A stretch of 64,000 nt of DNA, from positions 1 to 64,000 of the forward strand of contig CAWDKY010000015.1 in the NCBI GenBank assembly GCA_963802945.1, given 5' to 3'. Source of the DNA: an uncultured delta proteobacterium. Its GTDB lineage: Bacteria > Desulfobacterota > RBG-13-43-22. This document shows positions 20,532 to 30,461 of this stretch, piece after piece. Below the pieces are notes generated by a model. That model was not told the DNA's origin and searched no databases. It saw only the letters and a program-made list of their open reading frames with translations. A program made the translations under genes and the position numbers. Position 1 is the first letter of the stretch, and each line of letters begins with the position of its first letter.

Positions 20532-20890
20532 GTCCGGATCAATTTAAAGAACTGGTAAGCCGAGCTCTGGAAGACATCCCTGAAGAATTCCTTGAGAAGC
20601 TGGAAAACCTGGAAATCAGGGTTGAAGAGACCCCCTCTCCTGAACTGCTCGAAGAATTGGGGCTCTCACAGGGCCTTCTTTTCGGTTTATATCAGGGGGT
20701 ACCCAGGGCGGAAAAGAGTTTTTTCCAGGGAATCAGTCTTCCGGATCATATTACGCTTTTTCGCCTTCCCATCCTTAGTGTCTGTCGCAGCGAACAAGAT
20801 ATTATGCTTCAGATCAGAAAGACCCTGATCCATGAAATAGCCCATCACTTCGGCCTGACGGAAGGACGCATACGTCAATTAGGGTATTAA
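20522..20890 (+). CDS. Zinicin-like metallopeptidase family protein (start uncertain)
   Basis: The frame extends upstream of the track ORF: FKELVSRALEDIPEEF...LFGLYQGVP...LPDHITLFRLP...HEIAHHFG (HExxH). Confidence 0.72.
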   Translation: MRVSPDQFKELVSRALEDIPEEFLEKLENLEIRVEETPSPELLEELGLSQGLLFGLYQGVPRAEKSFFQGISLPDHITLFRLPILSVCRSEQDIMLQIRKTLIHEIAHHFGLTEGRIRQLGY

Positions 20891-20980
20891 CAGGTGGCTG
20901 AAACCGGGTTCCCGGTTTCGTGCGCCTTGTATCTGAACCTTTTTGAGCAACCTGTAAAAATGAGTTTTCCCGTATCCTGT

Positions 20981-21052
20981 TAATTGCCGAGGAGAATAAT
21001 TACCAGTTAACAGGAAAAGATCCTTAGAAACTTAAGGACGTCACACCTTGAT
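20981..21052. repeat. Right-end portion of the ~180-bp element (copy 3)
   Basis: TAATTGCCGAGGAGAATAATTACCAGTTAACAGGAAAAGATCCTTAGAAACTTAAGGACGTC aligns with the 3' part of copies 1 and 2. Confidence 0.6.
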
Positions 21053-21067
21053 TTATATAGAGAGAAT

Positions 21068-21364
21068 ATGGAGACTAAATACCTAAGAATGATTCAAGGG
21101 ATGAAGAGAAAAGGGCGCAAGGAATGGACAGTCTATATCCTCCGCTGTGGGGATGGGTCGCTCTACACGGGGATAGCCAAAGATGTGCGGGCTCGGATCA
21201 AGCAACATAGTGAGGGTCGGAGGGCAGCCTACACCCGAACTCGCCTGCCCCTCAAGCTATTATATCAACAAGAAGGGTTAACACATTCCGAAGCCCTTAT
21301 CCGAGAAGCCAAGATAAAGGCGATGCCTCGGACTAAGAAAGAGGAGATTATTTTTAATGCATAA
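21068..21364 (+). CDS. GIY-YIG nuclease family protein, copy B
   Basis: Near-identical DNA and protein to 18676..18981. Confidence 0.88.
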   Translation: METKYLRMIQGMKRKGRKEWTVYILRCGDGSLYTGIAKDVRARIKQHSEGRRAAYTRTRLPLKLLYQQEGLTHSEALIREAKIKAMPRTKKEEIIFNA

Positions 21365-21376
21365 GGGAGGTTTGTT

Positions 21377-22636
21377 ATGGGCATGACCATGGCCGAAAAG
21401 ATAATGGCCAGAGCATCAAAGCGGGATAAAGTGAGTCCGAATGAATTTGTTACCGCCGATTTGGATCTGATTATGGGGCACGATCTCTCCTTCTGGGTCG
21501 CTTATCAGGCCATGACGGACACCGGCTTTAACCAGGTCTGGGACCCTGAAAAGATCGTTGTCATTATCGACCATTTTGTGCCGGCGATGAATGTCAGGGC
21601 AGCCAGAGCTCATCAGCAGATCCGGGAATGGGTTAAAAAACAGAATATTAAGAAATTTTACGACTGCGGAGTGGGCATCTGTCATCAGGTGATGCCGGAG
21701 AAGGGGCACGCACTTCCTGGCAGCCTTATCGTCGGCGGCGACTCGCACACGACAACTTACGGCGCCCTGGGCGTGGCCTCCTGTGGGATCGGTATTTCTG
21801 AACTGGCCTGGTCCATGGCCAAAGGTTCCCTGTGGTTTATGGTCCCGGAAACCATACGATTCGATCTGACCGGCAAACTCTTGCCGGGAGTGTCCGCCAA
21901 GGACATCATCCTAAAAATTGCCGGGGACTATACGGCCGAAGTGGCCCAATATAAGGCCGTTGAGTTTTCCGGTCCCGTTGCTCAAGCCCTCAGTATGGAT
22001 GGCCGAATGACCATCAGCAATATGGGCGTCGAGATCGGCGCAAAATTCGCTTTTTTTGAATCCGATGAAAAAACTATTGCCTTTCTAAAGGAAAGAAGCA
22101 CCGAAAAAATTGGGGTTTTCGGCCCGGACCCGGATGCCGTTTACGAAAACATTTATCAGGTGGATGTTTCGAATTTGGAACCTCAAATTGCCTGCCCGCA
22201 CAATGTGGATAATGTCAAGTCTGTTGCTGAGATCGGCGAAGTAGTCGTCAATCAAGCCTTCCTCGGATCATGCACCAACGCCCGGATGGAGGACCTGGAG
22301 CGCGCCGCCGTCATCCTCAAGGGAAAACAGGTTCATCCGGAAACACGCTTGATTGTGATGCCGGCCTCCCTCAAAATCTATCAAACGGCCGCCGCTGCGG
22401 GCTTGCTTCAAATCTTTTTGGATGCCGGTGCCATGCTCGGGACAACGGGTTGTGGTCCTTGCGGAGGCGCGCATCTGGGAATCCTGGCACCGGGAGAAAC
22501 GGCCATCTCCTCCACCAACAGAAATTTCAAGGGGCGGATGGGGTCCCCGGAAAGCTTTATTTATCTGGGTTCCCCGGAGACCGTTGCCGCCTCGGCGATC
22601 GAAGGCAAAATCGCCGATCCCAGGAAATATTTATAA
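21377..22636 (+). CDS. Aconitase-family (LeuC/HacA/DmdA-like) hydratase, large subunit
   Basis: MGMTMAEKI, DHFVP, GICHQV, GDSHTTTYGA, GSCTNAR, GCGPCGG, STNRNFKGRMG. Confidence 0.92.
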   Translation: MGMTMAEKIMARASKRDKVSPNEFVTADLDLIMGHDLSFWVAYQAMTDTGFNQVWDPEKIVVIIDHFVPAMNVRAARAHQQIREWVKKQNIKKFYDCGVGICHQVMPEKGHALPGSLIVGGDSHTTTYGALGVASCGIGISELAWSMAKGSLWFMVPETIRFDLTGKLLPGVSAKDIILKIAGDYTAEVAQYKAVEFSGPVAQALSMDGRMTISNMGVEIGAKFAFFESDEKTIAFLKERSTEKIGVFGPDPDAVYENIYQVDVSNLEPQIACPHNVDNVKSVAEIGEVVVNQAFLGSCTNARMEDLERAAVILKGKQVHPETRLIVMPASLKIYQTAAAAGLLQIFLDAGAMLGTTGCGPCGGAHLGILAPGETAISSTNRNFKGRMGSPESFIYLGSPETVAASAIEGKIADPRKYL

Positions 22637-22705
22637 GCAGAGGCTCAATATTTATTATCCAATGTTTTCGAAAATTGAAAAATCAATCGAGTTAGGAGCA
22701 CAGTC

Positions 22706-23230
22706 ATGAGTGTCATCATTAAAGGCAAGGTCTGGAAGTTCGGGGACGATATCAATACCGACTATATGGCCCCCAGTTTCGCCATGGACGCCCCTTGGGA
22801 GGTACAGAAAAAAGCCATCCTCCATATACACAAAGATTTTACCGAAAAAGCCCAGCCGGGGGATGTTATCGTGGCCGGTAAAAATTTCGGATGCGGGTCA
22901 AGCCGGGAGAATGCACCGATGAATTTGAAGCAATTGGGAATAGGGTGCGTCGTGGCCGAATCCTTCGGTCGTATTTTTTTTCGGAATTGCATCGCCGTGG
23001 CCTTCCCCGTTTTGGCCGTCAGGGGAGCGGCCGACCTCTTTGAAGAAGGTGAAACCCTGGAACTCGATTTTGAGCAGTCATTGGTCAGGAATGTTTCAAG
23101 GGGAAAAGAGATGCAGGGTAAACCATTAACGCCGGATTTGATCAACATTGTCCGAAACGGCGGCATGCTGGCCATGATGAAACAGGAAAGTCTGAAAAAA
23201 GGTTCGGCCGGAGCTAATCAGGACTCTTAA
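22706..23230 (+). CDS. LeuD/HacB/DmdB-like hydratase, small subunit
   Basis: [37 protein letters not shown]. Confidence 0.92.
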   Translation: MSVIIKGKVWKFGDDINTDYMAPSFAMDAPWEVQKKAILHIHKDFTEKAQPGDVIVAGKNFGCGSSRENAPMNLKQLGIGCVVAESFGRIFFRNCIAVAFPVLAVRGAADLFEEGETLELDFEQSLVRNVSRGKEMQGKPLTPDLINIVRNGGMLAMMKQESLKKGSAGANQDS

Positions 23231-23263
23231 TCGAAAATAGTTTCAGGAAGGAGGGAAAAACTC

Positions 23264-24223
23264 ATGACCAAAGCAAGCACACAATTGCGAAACCTTTTTA
23301 AAATCGAAAAATTAGTCACCTCCATATGGGTCGGCAACGCCCACCAGGCTCAACTGGTCGAAAAAACGGGCTTCAAAGCCATAGGCATCTCCGGCGCCAA
23401 TACCAGCATGCAAGTTCTGGGACTTCCCGACGCCGGATTTATCACCATGACCGAGTTGGTGGAAAACGCGGAAAGGGTCTGTCGAGCCGTCAATATTCCG
23501 GTCATCGTGGATTGCGACACGGGTTTCGGCAATGCCATCAACGTCAGACGCACGGTGGAAGCTATTATCCGCACCGGAGCGGCATCACTTTTCATCGAGG
23601 ACCAGTTAGCCCCCAAACGATGCGGGCACGTTAAAGGGAAAGAGCTGATCCCTCTGGAAGAAGCTGTGGGCAAATACCGGGCGGCCCTGGACGTCAGGGA
23701 TGAGCTGGACCCGGATTTTATGATCATAGCCAGAACCGACGCACGGGGCGCTGTTGGGGGGAGTCTGGAGGAAGCCATTCGCCGCGGCAAGTCCTATCTG
23801 GATGCCGGCGTGGATATTCTTTACGTCGAGGCCTTGCAGTCCTTGGATGAAATCAAGGCCGTGCGTAAGGCTATTGGAGATTCCCTGCTTATGGTGACTA
23901 CCCAGCACGTACAAATGCCGCTGACCGAGGAGGGCATAAAGGAGCTGGGTCTTTGCATGTTCGGGTTTCAACTGGCCGAAGTCGGCACCGTGGCCATGTA
24001 TGACCTTTTGATGGACTATCAAAAGCGGGGGCTGGCCGCCTATATCGATTTCAGACGAAAAACAGCCGGACATCCCATGGGCGGATTCGGCAGCTTTGAC
24101 CTGGCCGGTTTCCCGAAGGTGGTCGAATGGGAAAAGAAATATCTGCCCAAAGAAAAATTAGAGGCCTACGAAGAATCCATAGGGGTGTATGACCCGAGAG
24201 TCGGGTATCAGGGGGAGTCATAA
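23264..24223 (+). CDS. Isocitrate lyase/PEP mutase family C-C lyase (methylisocitrate or dimethylmalate lyase-like)
   Basis: LGLPDAG, VDCDTGFGN, IEDQ..PKRCGH, IIARTDA. Confidence 0.88.
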   Translation: MTKASTQLRNLFKIEKLVTSIWVGNAHQAQLVEKTGFKAIGISGANTSMQVLGLPDAGFITMTELVENAERVCRAVNIPVIVDCDTGFGNAINVRRTVEAIIRTGAASLFIEDQLAPKRCGHVKGKELIPLEEAVGKYRAALDVRDELDPDFMIIARTDARGAVGGSLEEAIRRGKSYLDAGVDILYVEALQSLDEIKAVRKAIGDSLLMVTTQHVQMPLTEEGIKELGLCMFGFQLAEVGTVAMYDLLMDYQKRGLAAYIDFRRKTAGHPMGGFGSFDLAGFPKVVEWEKKYLPKEKLEAYEESIGVYDPRVGYQGES

Positions 24224-24339
24224 GGTGTTTTGACCAGTATTTGGGCTGCCGGAAAGTGTCAAGATAAATCTTTTTGCGGCTTTCAACTATTCTAAAGCGA
24301 TCGTTCTAAAAATTAACGATTACCGTATAAAATGTGCAA

Positions 24340-24560
24340 TAAAAAAACAGAATCATTATTGAACAGCCGAGCCCAATTACGGTTGTGTTTGGCGTTCTCC
24401 CCTACTTCTATGACACAAGGAGTCAGGGCATCTTCACTTTCTTTTTGACGAAGCCCCCGCCAGACGTTACTATAATAGCTGAAATAGAGAACCATTTGTT
24501 CCCTGTGATTTGGGATATGGGAGGTCATGGCCCCAAGCCAATCTGAGGCGTAAAAATATT
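24340..24560 (-). mobile_element. IS91-family (Y2) transposase remnant
   Basis: DWLGAMTSHIPNHREQMVLYFSYYSNVWRGLRQK...NWARL resembles the HIP..xQMVRYYGYYSN..RG / WARL C-terminal block of IS91-like transposases. Confidence 0.6.
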
Positions 24561-25775
24561 TTTCTTGTGGTTTGTCCAAGGTGAATCGATAGTATTAGGC
24601 TTCAAAAGGAAAAAGAGAAACAGCAGGGCTGCCAGCCAGGCGGTAACCGAGCCGTAAAGAAAAGTTGCCTGGGGGCCAAGGCGATCCCACAAAATGCCTC
24701 CAATCAAACTGGCCGGAAGAACTGCCAGACCAACCAGGGTGTTGTATAAGCCAAAGCCGGTAGCTTTGAACTCCGAAGGAACCAATGTGGCTAAAAAGGC
24801 CTTCTGCACCCCTTCGGTCATAGCCATAAAGATTCCATAAGAAATAAAAAGCAACCAAATGTGGACGGGTTGGCTCGCCCTGGCAAAACCCAGATAGATG
24901 AATCCAAAAATGAGGAAAGCCAGAAAGATAATCAGCTTAGGCCCAACACGGTCGGAAAGGATACCGGCCGGCAAAGCGCCCAGGCTATAGACGGCATTAA
25001 AAACCAGATAAACAAGGGGGATGATCGTTACCGAGATGCCTACATTTTCAGCTCGCAGGATCAGGAAGACATCGCTTGAATTGCCTATTGAAAAAAGGAT
25101 GACAACCAGAATAAAAAATTTATAGAATCGGTCAAAACTGCTCCAGCCCAGTTTAGGTTTTTCGAGTTGATCGATAGGGCAGGCACGAGTTTCCCGAATA
25201 AAGAAAATAATGGTCAGGACGGCGAGTATCCCGGGGATCATGGAAAGCCAAAAGACCAAGCGATATTGTCCATGATAGTAAGCCAATAAACCAAAGGCCA
25301 CGGCCGGCCCGACAACGGCCCCCATCGTATCCATGCCGCGCTGAAAACCAAAGGATCGTCCCAAGTTTGGTGCTTCGCAAGACTCGGCAATCAGGGCATC
25401 TCTCGGGGCATTGCGGATTCCCTTGCCGAAACGATCTATAAAGCGGGAGGCCAAGACCTGCCCCCAGTTAGGGGCCGTAGCTATTAAAGGACGGCTTAAG
25501 GTAGAAATCCCATATCCAGCAGCCATAAGCCATTTGCGATGGCCCAGACGGTCCGAAAGCCAGCCGGAAAAAACCTTCAGCAGACTGGCCGTGCTCTCGG
25601 CAATCCCTTCAATCAAACCGATGACCGATTTTTGAACCCCGAGTACGGAAGACAGAAACAAGGGGACCAGGGGATAGACCATCTCCGAACTGAAGTCCAT
25701 GAAAAAACTAACCACCCCTGAAAAAAAGATGTTACGATGGAATCCACAGATTTCATTGGAAGGATTTTGCTGCAT
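24525..25775 (-). CDS. MFS transporter
   Basis: About 12 TM segments; SGWLSDRLG, DRFGKGIRNAPRDALIA, GILSDRVG. Confidence 0.9.
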   Translation of the reverse strand: MQQNPSNEICGFHRNIFFSGVVSFFMDFSSEMVYPLVPLFLSSVLGVQKSVIGLIEGIAESTASLLKVFSGWLSDRLGHRKWLMAAGYGISTLSRPLIATAPNWGQVLASRFIDRFGKGIRNAPRDALIAESCEAPNLGRSFGFQRGMDTMGAVVGPAVAFGLLAYYHGQYRLVFWLSMIPGILAVLTIIFFIRETRACPIDQLEKPKLGWSSFDRFYKFFILVVILFSIGNSSDVFLILRAENVGISVTIIPLVYLVFNAVYSLGALPAGILSDRVGPKLIIFLAFLIFGFIYLGFARASQPVHIWLLFISYGIFMAMTEGVQKAFLATLVPSEFKATGFGLYNTLVGLAVLPASLIGGILWDRLGPQATFLYGSVTAWLAALLFLFFLLKPNTIDSPWTNHKKNIFTPQIGLGP

Positions 25776-25919
25776 TTTTTCCCTTAATGCTCATAGGTGT
25801 CGGATAGACCCTCTTCTAATGCCTTGAAAATATCAAGAGAAACCCTTTAATGATCTTAACACCCCTTTTTTATGGAAAAAGTCTTTAGCCAAACACCGAA
25901 CCCTTACCTTGAACGGTTT

Positions 25920-26894
25920 TCACTGGAAATATTGTCTAATATAGAACAAGGCCAGGAAACTGATGACCAGACTCAGTATCAGTTTTATGAATTTTTGAGG
26001 GAAAAATTTTTGGGCCCTGGCGCCAAAATACGTACCAATAAAGCCGCCGGCGCCGAAGAGAAAACCCAGCATCAAGTCCGGAGCCGTTGCTATTCCCGCT
26101 TTAGTGGGAATGATACTGTAAAAGAAGACCCCGGCGATGGAGGTAAAAAAAGTCCCTAAAAGGGCGGCCCCGGCGACAGAATAAACCGGCAGGTGAAATA
26201 CAGCCACACAAAAAGGGGCAATAATAGCCCCGCCGCCGATGCCGTAAGCGCCGCCGATTACGCCAACCACACAAGCCAGAAAAAACATGGCCGGCGTGCT
26301 GAAGGAAAACCGTTCTCCCCAAAATTCGTATTCCACTCGGGACAAAGAAAATCCGACGGTTTTAACTACAGCCTCAACCGGCAGGCCTGATGATATTTGC
26401 CTCGTCTGATTCTCCTTAGAGGCTTTTCTGTATTGGTTGAATTTGTCTTCCAGGGTCTGTAGCTCGTTATTATCTTTTGGAGAGCGGGAAGTCATTTCAT
26501 ACAATAACCGAAGGCCTAGATAGAGTAAAATACAGCCGACAAACAATTTGAAGGCCCGGGGGTCAGGTAAATATCGGACACGCAGAAAATACCCGACAAG
26601 GACCCCAGGTAAGGTCCCGGCAATAATCACCCAGGTCAAGGGCCAGGCCATGCGTCCTTCTTTGAGGTAGCGGTAAATCCCGCTGGGAGTGGCTACGATG
26701 TTATAGACAAAATTAGTGGCGCTGACAGAAGGCGCGGTAAAATTTAAAAAACTGATTTGAAAAGGCAGGAGCAAAAAGGCACCGGAAAGTCCGCCCATGG
26801 AGGTGAAAAAAGAAACCACAAAGGCCACCACAGGGGGAATAAAAATATAAGTTTTTACCCCTGAAATAGGAAAAAGCCAGTACAAACTATCCAT
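25920..26894 (-). CDS. Sulfite exporter TauE/SafE (TSUP) family protein
   Basis: SMGGLSGAFLLLP and GAYGIGGGAIIAP glycine motifs; multiple TM segments. Confidence 0.85.
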   Translation of the reverse strand: MDSLYWLFPISGVKTYIFIPPVVAFVVSFFTSMGGLSGAFLLLPFQISFLNFTAPSVSATNFVYNIVATPSGIYRYLKEGRMAWPLTWVIIAGTLPGVLVGYFLRVRYLPDPRAFKLFVGCILLYLGLRLLYEMTSRSPKDNNELQTLEDKFNQYRKASKENQTRQISSGLPVEAVVKTVGFSLSRVEYEFWGERFSFSTPAMFFLACVVGVIGGAYGIGGGAIIAPFCVAVFHLPVYSVAGAALLGTFFTSIAGVFFYSIIPTKAGIATAPDLMLGFLFGAGGFIGTYFGARAQKFFPQKFIKLILSLVISFLALFYIRQYFQ

Positions 26895-27135
26895 GGCGGC
26901 ACCTCACTTTAGAAGAATTCGGAATCGAAGTTTCCAATCCTCCCCAATCTCTTGTTTGCCTTTTTTTTATAAATAAGATAGTATTAATTTATACTATCCT
27001 TAATCAAGAAAAACAACCGATTCTCATTGGCGGACCATTTTCAACTCCGGATTCCTGTTTCTAGGATAATGCCGCCGAAGTGAAAACTCAGGGCATTTTT
27101 TTTGGCCTGTTTTATTCTTTGGGGAGGATATTCAT

Positions 27136-28356
27136 ATGGTTTTTTATTTAAAAAAATTTTTTCATGGCTTCCTTCTCTGTCTGGTTATCATGGTCAGCCT
27201 ATGGCCTGCCTCTTCCTGGGCCGAAAAAAGGCCGGTTAAACTGGGATTTATTGCTGATGTGACCGGTTCAGGTTTCTTGATCGCTTTGTCGCAGAAAGAG
27301 GCCCTGGAAGTGGGCCTTGAAGAGATCAATTCCAGCGGGGGTCTTCTTGGCCGGAAAGTGGAGTTGATCATCCGTGATTCACAGTTGAAACCCGAACTGG
27401 GGGCGGCCCTGGCCCGGGATTTGATCCGGAAAGATAAAGTCGACTTTTTGATCGGCCCTACCAGCCCATCCGTAGCCTTGGCCGTTTCCCAGGTATGCAA
27501 AGAAAACAAAAAGTTGATCTTTTTTCACGCCGCCAACAATGAACGGATAACCACCGAACAAGGACACCGCTATCTGTTTCAGGTTATTCCCAATACCTAC
27601 ATGGAAGGCCGAGCCGTGGCCGCTTTTCTTTCCAATAAGGTTTTTAATAAAATTGCCATCATCGGACCGGATATTGAGTATGGCCATGCCCAGGCCGATG
27701 CCTTTAAAAAGACACTGTCCGAAATCAATCCTTCGGCCCAGGTTGTTAAAGAACTCTGGCCCAAATTAGGGGAACAAGACTATGGTCCCTATATTACCGC
27801 CTTGAAATCCGACAAACCGGAGGTGGTTTACTCTGTCCTGTGGAGCGGAGATCTGGCCGGGTTTATCCGACAAGGCCGGGTCATGAAGCTGTTCCAAAAT
27901 GTGCGTTTAATCGGGCTTTTTGATTATGACCTCTTTAAGGGCTTGGGCAATGACATGATTCCCAATCTCTATGGTTTTGACCGAGCCCCTTTTTATGCTT
28001 TGAACAATCCCCAAATGAAGGCTTTTGTGGCAAAATATAGGACCAGGACGGGGGAATATCCTTCGGCCTGGGCCGTGACCGTTTATGATGGACTCATGGC
28101 TTTAAAAATGGCGGTGGAAAAGGCCAAGTCTATCGAGACCGAAAAAGTCATCGATTCCATCGAAGGTCTGAAATGGGATTCTTTACGCGGCCCTCTTACT
28201 ATTCGGCCCTTTGATCATATGGCCAACTGCGGAATCTATTTTGGGGTTACCTTTAAAGATCCGAAATATCCTTTTTATATCATGAAAAATGTCACCTATA
28301 TACCAGGGCAGGAGGTCTGGCAGTCAATCGAGGAAATCAAAGCCCTTCGCAAATAG
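27136..28356 (+). CDS. ABC transporter substrate-binding protein (LivK/aromatic-acid type)
   Basis: Signal peptide, EEINSSGGLLGRKVELIIRD, VDFLIG, DIEYG, WPKLG..DY.PYI. Confidence 0.88.
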   Translation: MVFYLKKFFHGFLLCLVIMVSLWPASSWAEKRPVKLGFIADVTGSGFLIALSQKEALEVGLEEINSSGGLLGRKVELIIRDSQLKPELGAALARDLIRKDKVDFLIGPTSPSVALAVSQVCKENKKLIFFHAANNERITTEQGHRYLFQVIPNTYMEGRAVAAFLSNKVFNKIAIIGPDIEYGHAQADAFKKTLSEINPSAQVVKELWPKLGEQDYGPYITALKSDKPEVVYSVLWSGDLAGFIRQGRVMKLFQNVRLIGLFDYDLFKGLGNDMIPNLYGFDRAPFYALNNPQMKAFVAKYRTRTGEYPSAWAVTVYDGLMALKMAVEKAKSIETEKVIDSIEGLKWDSLRGPLTIRPFDHMANCGIYFGVTFKDPKYPFYIMKNVTYIPGQEVWQSIEEIKALRK

Positions 28357-28551
28357 CAAAAGCTTTAGATGAAAAAGGAGTCAAAGGCCCTCGAATCCTG
28401 GAATCCTCGAACCCTTTTTTCGCTCTAAAGCCTCATACCCACTTGCAGCAAGCGCCACGAAACATGAAAATGAACCTGGGAACAAAAGATTAAGAGTTTT
28501 TATTCTGAATTCTGACTCCTGAATTCTGGATTCTTGGTTTTTGTTCTCGTG

Positions 28552-29280
28552 CTAAATATATTTTTCCCGGTGGTTGATAAAATCCTTGTATATCTTGTAG
28601 TAGTCGGTATCCTCATAGCGGGTCTCTGTAATGGGCAGGGTATCAAAGCTGAAGATTTGGGCTCCGGGGTAAGAAAGCAAGATGGGTGAATGGGTTACAA
28701 TAAGAAATTGAGCCGGGCCTTTTTCACCGGTCTCTTTTAGAATTTTCAGCAACTCGATCTGTTTTTTCGGGGAAAGGGCGTTTTCAGGCTCATCCAAAAA
28801 ATACAAGCCCTTTCTTCGGTAAGTGCTCTCAAAATATTGGATATGTCTCTGCCCATGGGAGCGGGAAATCAAAGAATCCCCGCCGAAATATTCAAAAAGT
28901 TTCGGACTGGGTTTGGCCCAGGAATCAATGCATTCGGCCAGATAGCGAAAAATTTCGGAATCAAAGTACGAGCCCGGAACCGCTTCTTCAGTCCATTCCA
29001 CTTCGACATATTGATAAAAGGTTTCGGCGTATGGATTTTGATAATAAACCCTTCGTTGAAAGCCCTCTTCATCCCGCCAGATATGAATAGCGCATCTTTG
29101 AGCCACACCTTTTAATAAGGTGGACTTGCCCGTCCCGTTTTCGCCGATGAAAAAGGTCAATGGGCGGGTCAGACATAATTCTTCGGTTTTTTGAAAAATT
29201 TCAAGATTAAACGGATAACAAGTGTTTGTTGGAAATCGTTCGCTGTGGATTTTTATTTTTCTTAAATGCATAATTTTCAT
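28552..29280 (-). CDS. ABC-like ATPase (COG3910-type)
   Basis: GENGTGKST, SHGQ, LYFLDEPENALSP, THSPILL. Confidence 0.85.
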   Translation of the reverse strand: MKIMHLRKIKIHSERFPTNTCYPFNLEIFQKTEELCLTRPLTFFIGENGTGKSTLLKGVAQRCAIHIWRDEEGFQRRVYYQNPYAETFYQYVEVEWTEEAVPGSYFDSEIFRYLAECIDSWAKPSPKLFEYFGGDSLISRSHGQRHIQYFESTYRRKGLYFLDEPENALSPKKQIELLKILKETGEKGPAQFLIVTHSPILLSYPGAQIFSFDTLPITETRYEDTDYYKIYKDFINHREKYI

Positions 29281-29551
29281 CCTTAATTGATCATAATGAC
29301 CGGGACTCCGGTTTAGGCGATCAGTTCTTTAGTATGATCTTCAACACTTTATTTTTCCAACCACCTAAGTCCTTCTTGTTTATCCCTGTCCGCGAGATAG
29401 TTTTTGCCGGTCTTCAAAATAAATTTTCGCCTCTTCTCGTTATCGTTTTTCCCCCTAAGGGTTCAAAGGTTACCTTAGAGGGGAAAAGAAGTAAACCGGT
29501 AAAAACAAGAACCGATAACTTTTAAACAATTTGAGCTGGAGGTCTTCCAGA

Positions 29552-29989
29552 TTAGGGCTTTCGCAACCGGTCAGCCGTCTCCCGCAGCCGGTCTTCCTGT
29601 TTCAACCGGCTCAGTTGATCCGGTGATTCCTGAAATCCTTCCAGGGCGTTGAAAAAACGGTCCAGGGGATCACCTTGATGGGTAGGGACTAAAAAAAGAT
29701 GCGTGTGGGGAATTCTCCTGCCCCGGGCATACATGCAGACAAAATCCGGCTTGAAAGCTTGTTTGATTTTTCCGGCTACGACTCGGGCGACTCTAAAAAG
29801 GCTCTCCGCTTCTTCTTCGGTGAGGTCATACCACCAGGGTACATGTCTTTTGGGGATGATCAGACAGTGGCCCTGGGCCAAAGGATTGATATCCAGCAAA
29901 CCAATAGATAACTCATCTTCATGGATAATGTGAGCCTGTCCCCGTCCCCGGGCAATGTCACAAAAGACACAGTTTTTTTCTTCGGACAT
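29552..29989 (-). CDS. HIT family protein
   Basis: CVFC, DINP...GHCLIIPKRH, IPHTHLFLVP. Confidence 0.85.
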   Translation of the reverse strand: MSEEKNCVFCDIARGRGQAHIIHEDELSIGLLDINPLAQGHCLIIPKRHVPWWYDLTEEEAESLFRVARVVAGKIKQAFKPDFVCMYARGRRIPHTHLFLVPTHQGDPLDRFFNALEGFQESPDQLSRLKQEDRLRETADRLRKP

Positions 29990-30180
29990 ATTTCTCCTTT
30001 ACTCCGGAATTAAAAAAAGAATTAGGACTGATGACTTTTTATAAGTATATTATATTTAAACGATCAAATATAGATTTTTTCAAGGTGGAAGACCTAAGCC
30101 CCGACCAGTTGTCCTATAACTTGTTTTTATTGTTTTATAAAGCGTATTTTTTGCATTTTAACGGATAGGTTGTTTTTTTC

Positions 30181-30232
30181 TTGACAAATAATTTTGGAAA
30201 TTTATAATTAAATTATAGCTAAAATATAGCTA
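30181..30232 (+). promoter_or_regulatory. Sigma70-type promoter with three 11-bp-spaced ATAGCTA-like boxes
   Basis: TTGACA (30181-30186), TATAAT (30203-30208); boxes ATAATTA 30204, ATAGCTA 30215, ATAGCTA 30226. Confidence 0.6.
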
Positions 30233-30260
30233 CACCATTTACGTTGATAAGGGATCCTTT

Positions 30261-30461
30261 ATGGCCATCAAAAAAAAAGAGAAAAACCTTAGCGAGTATG
30301 TTGCTAGAAGAGAAGACCCATTCAAATCTCTTAAGGCCAAATTTGAGGTTTTTGGAGAAGAGATGATCGAGAAGGAAGTCAAACAGAGCGGGAACAGCGG
30401 GCGTGTGTACCTGCCTCCTGAATGGGTGGGAAAACATGTCAAAATTATAAGGATCGACTGA
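30261..30461 (+). CDS. DUF2080 family small protein (AbrB-like)
   Basis: KFEVFGEEMIEKEVKQSGNSGRVYLPPEWVGKHVKIIR. Confidence 0.75.
   Translation: MAIKKKEKNLSEYVARREDPFKSLKAKFEVFGEEMIEKEVKQSGNSGRVYLPPEWVGKHVKIIRID

Noticed and set aside
27025-27100. Glycine riboswitch upstream of the ABC binding protein (GCCGCCGAAG...AACTCAGG)
   Set aside because: Only a partial resemblance; the GGAGA start and the normal P1-P3 layout are missing.
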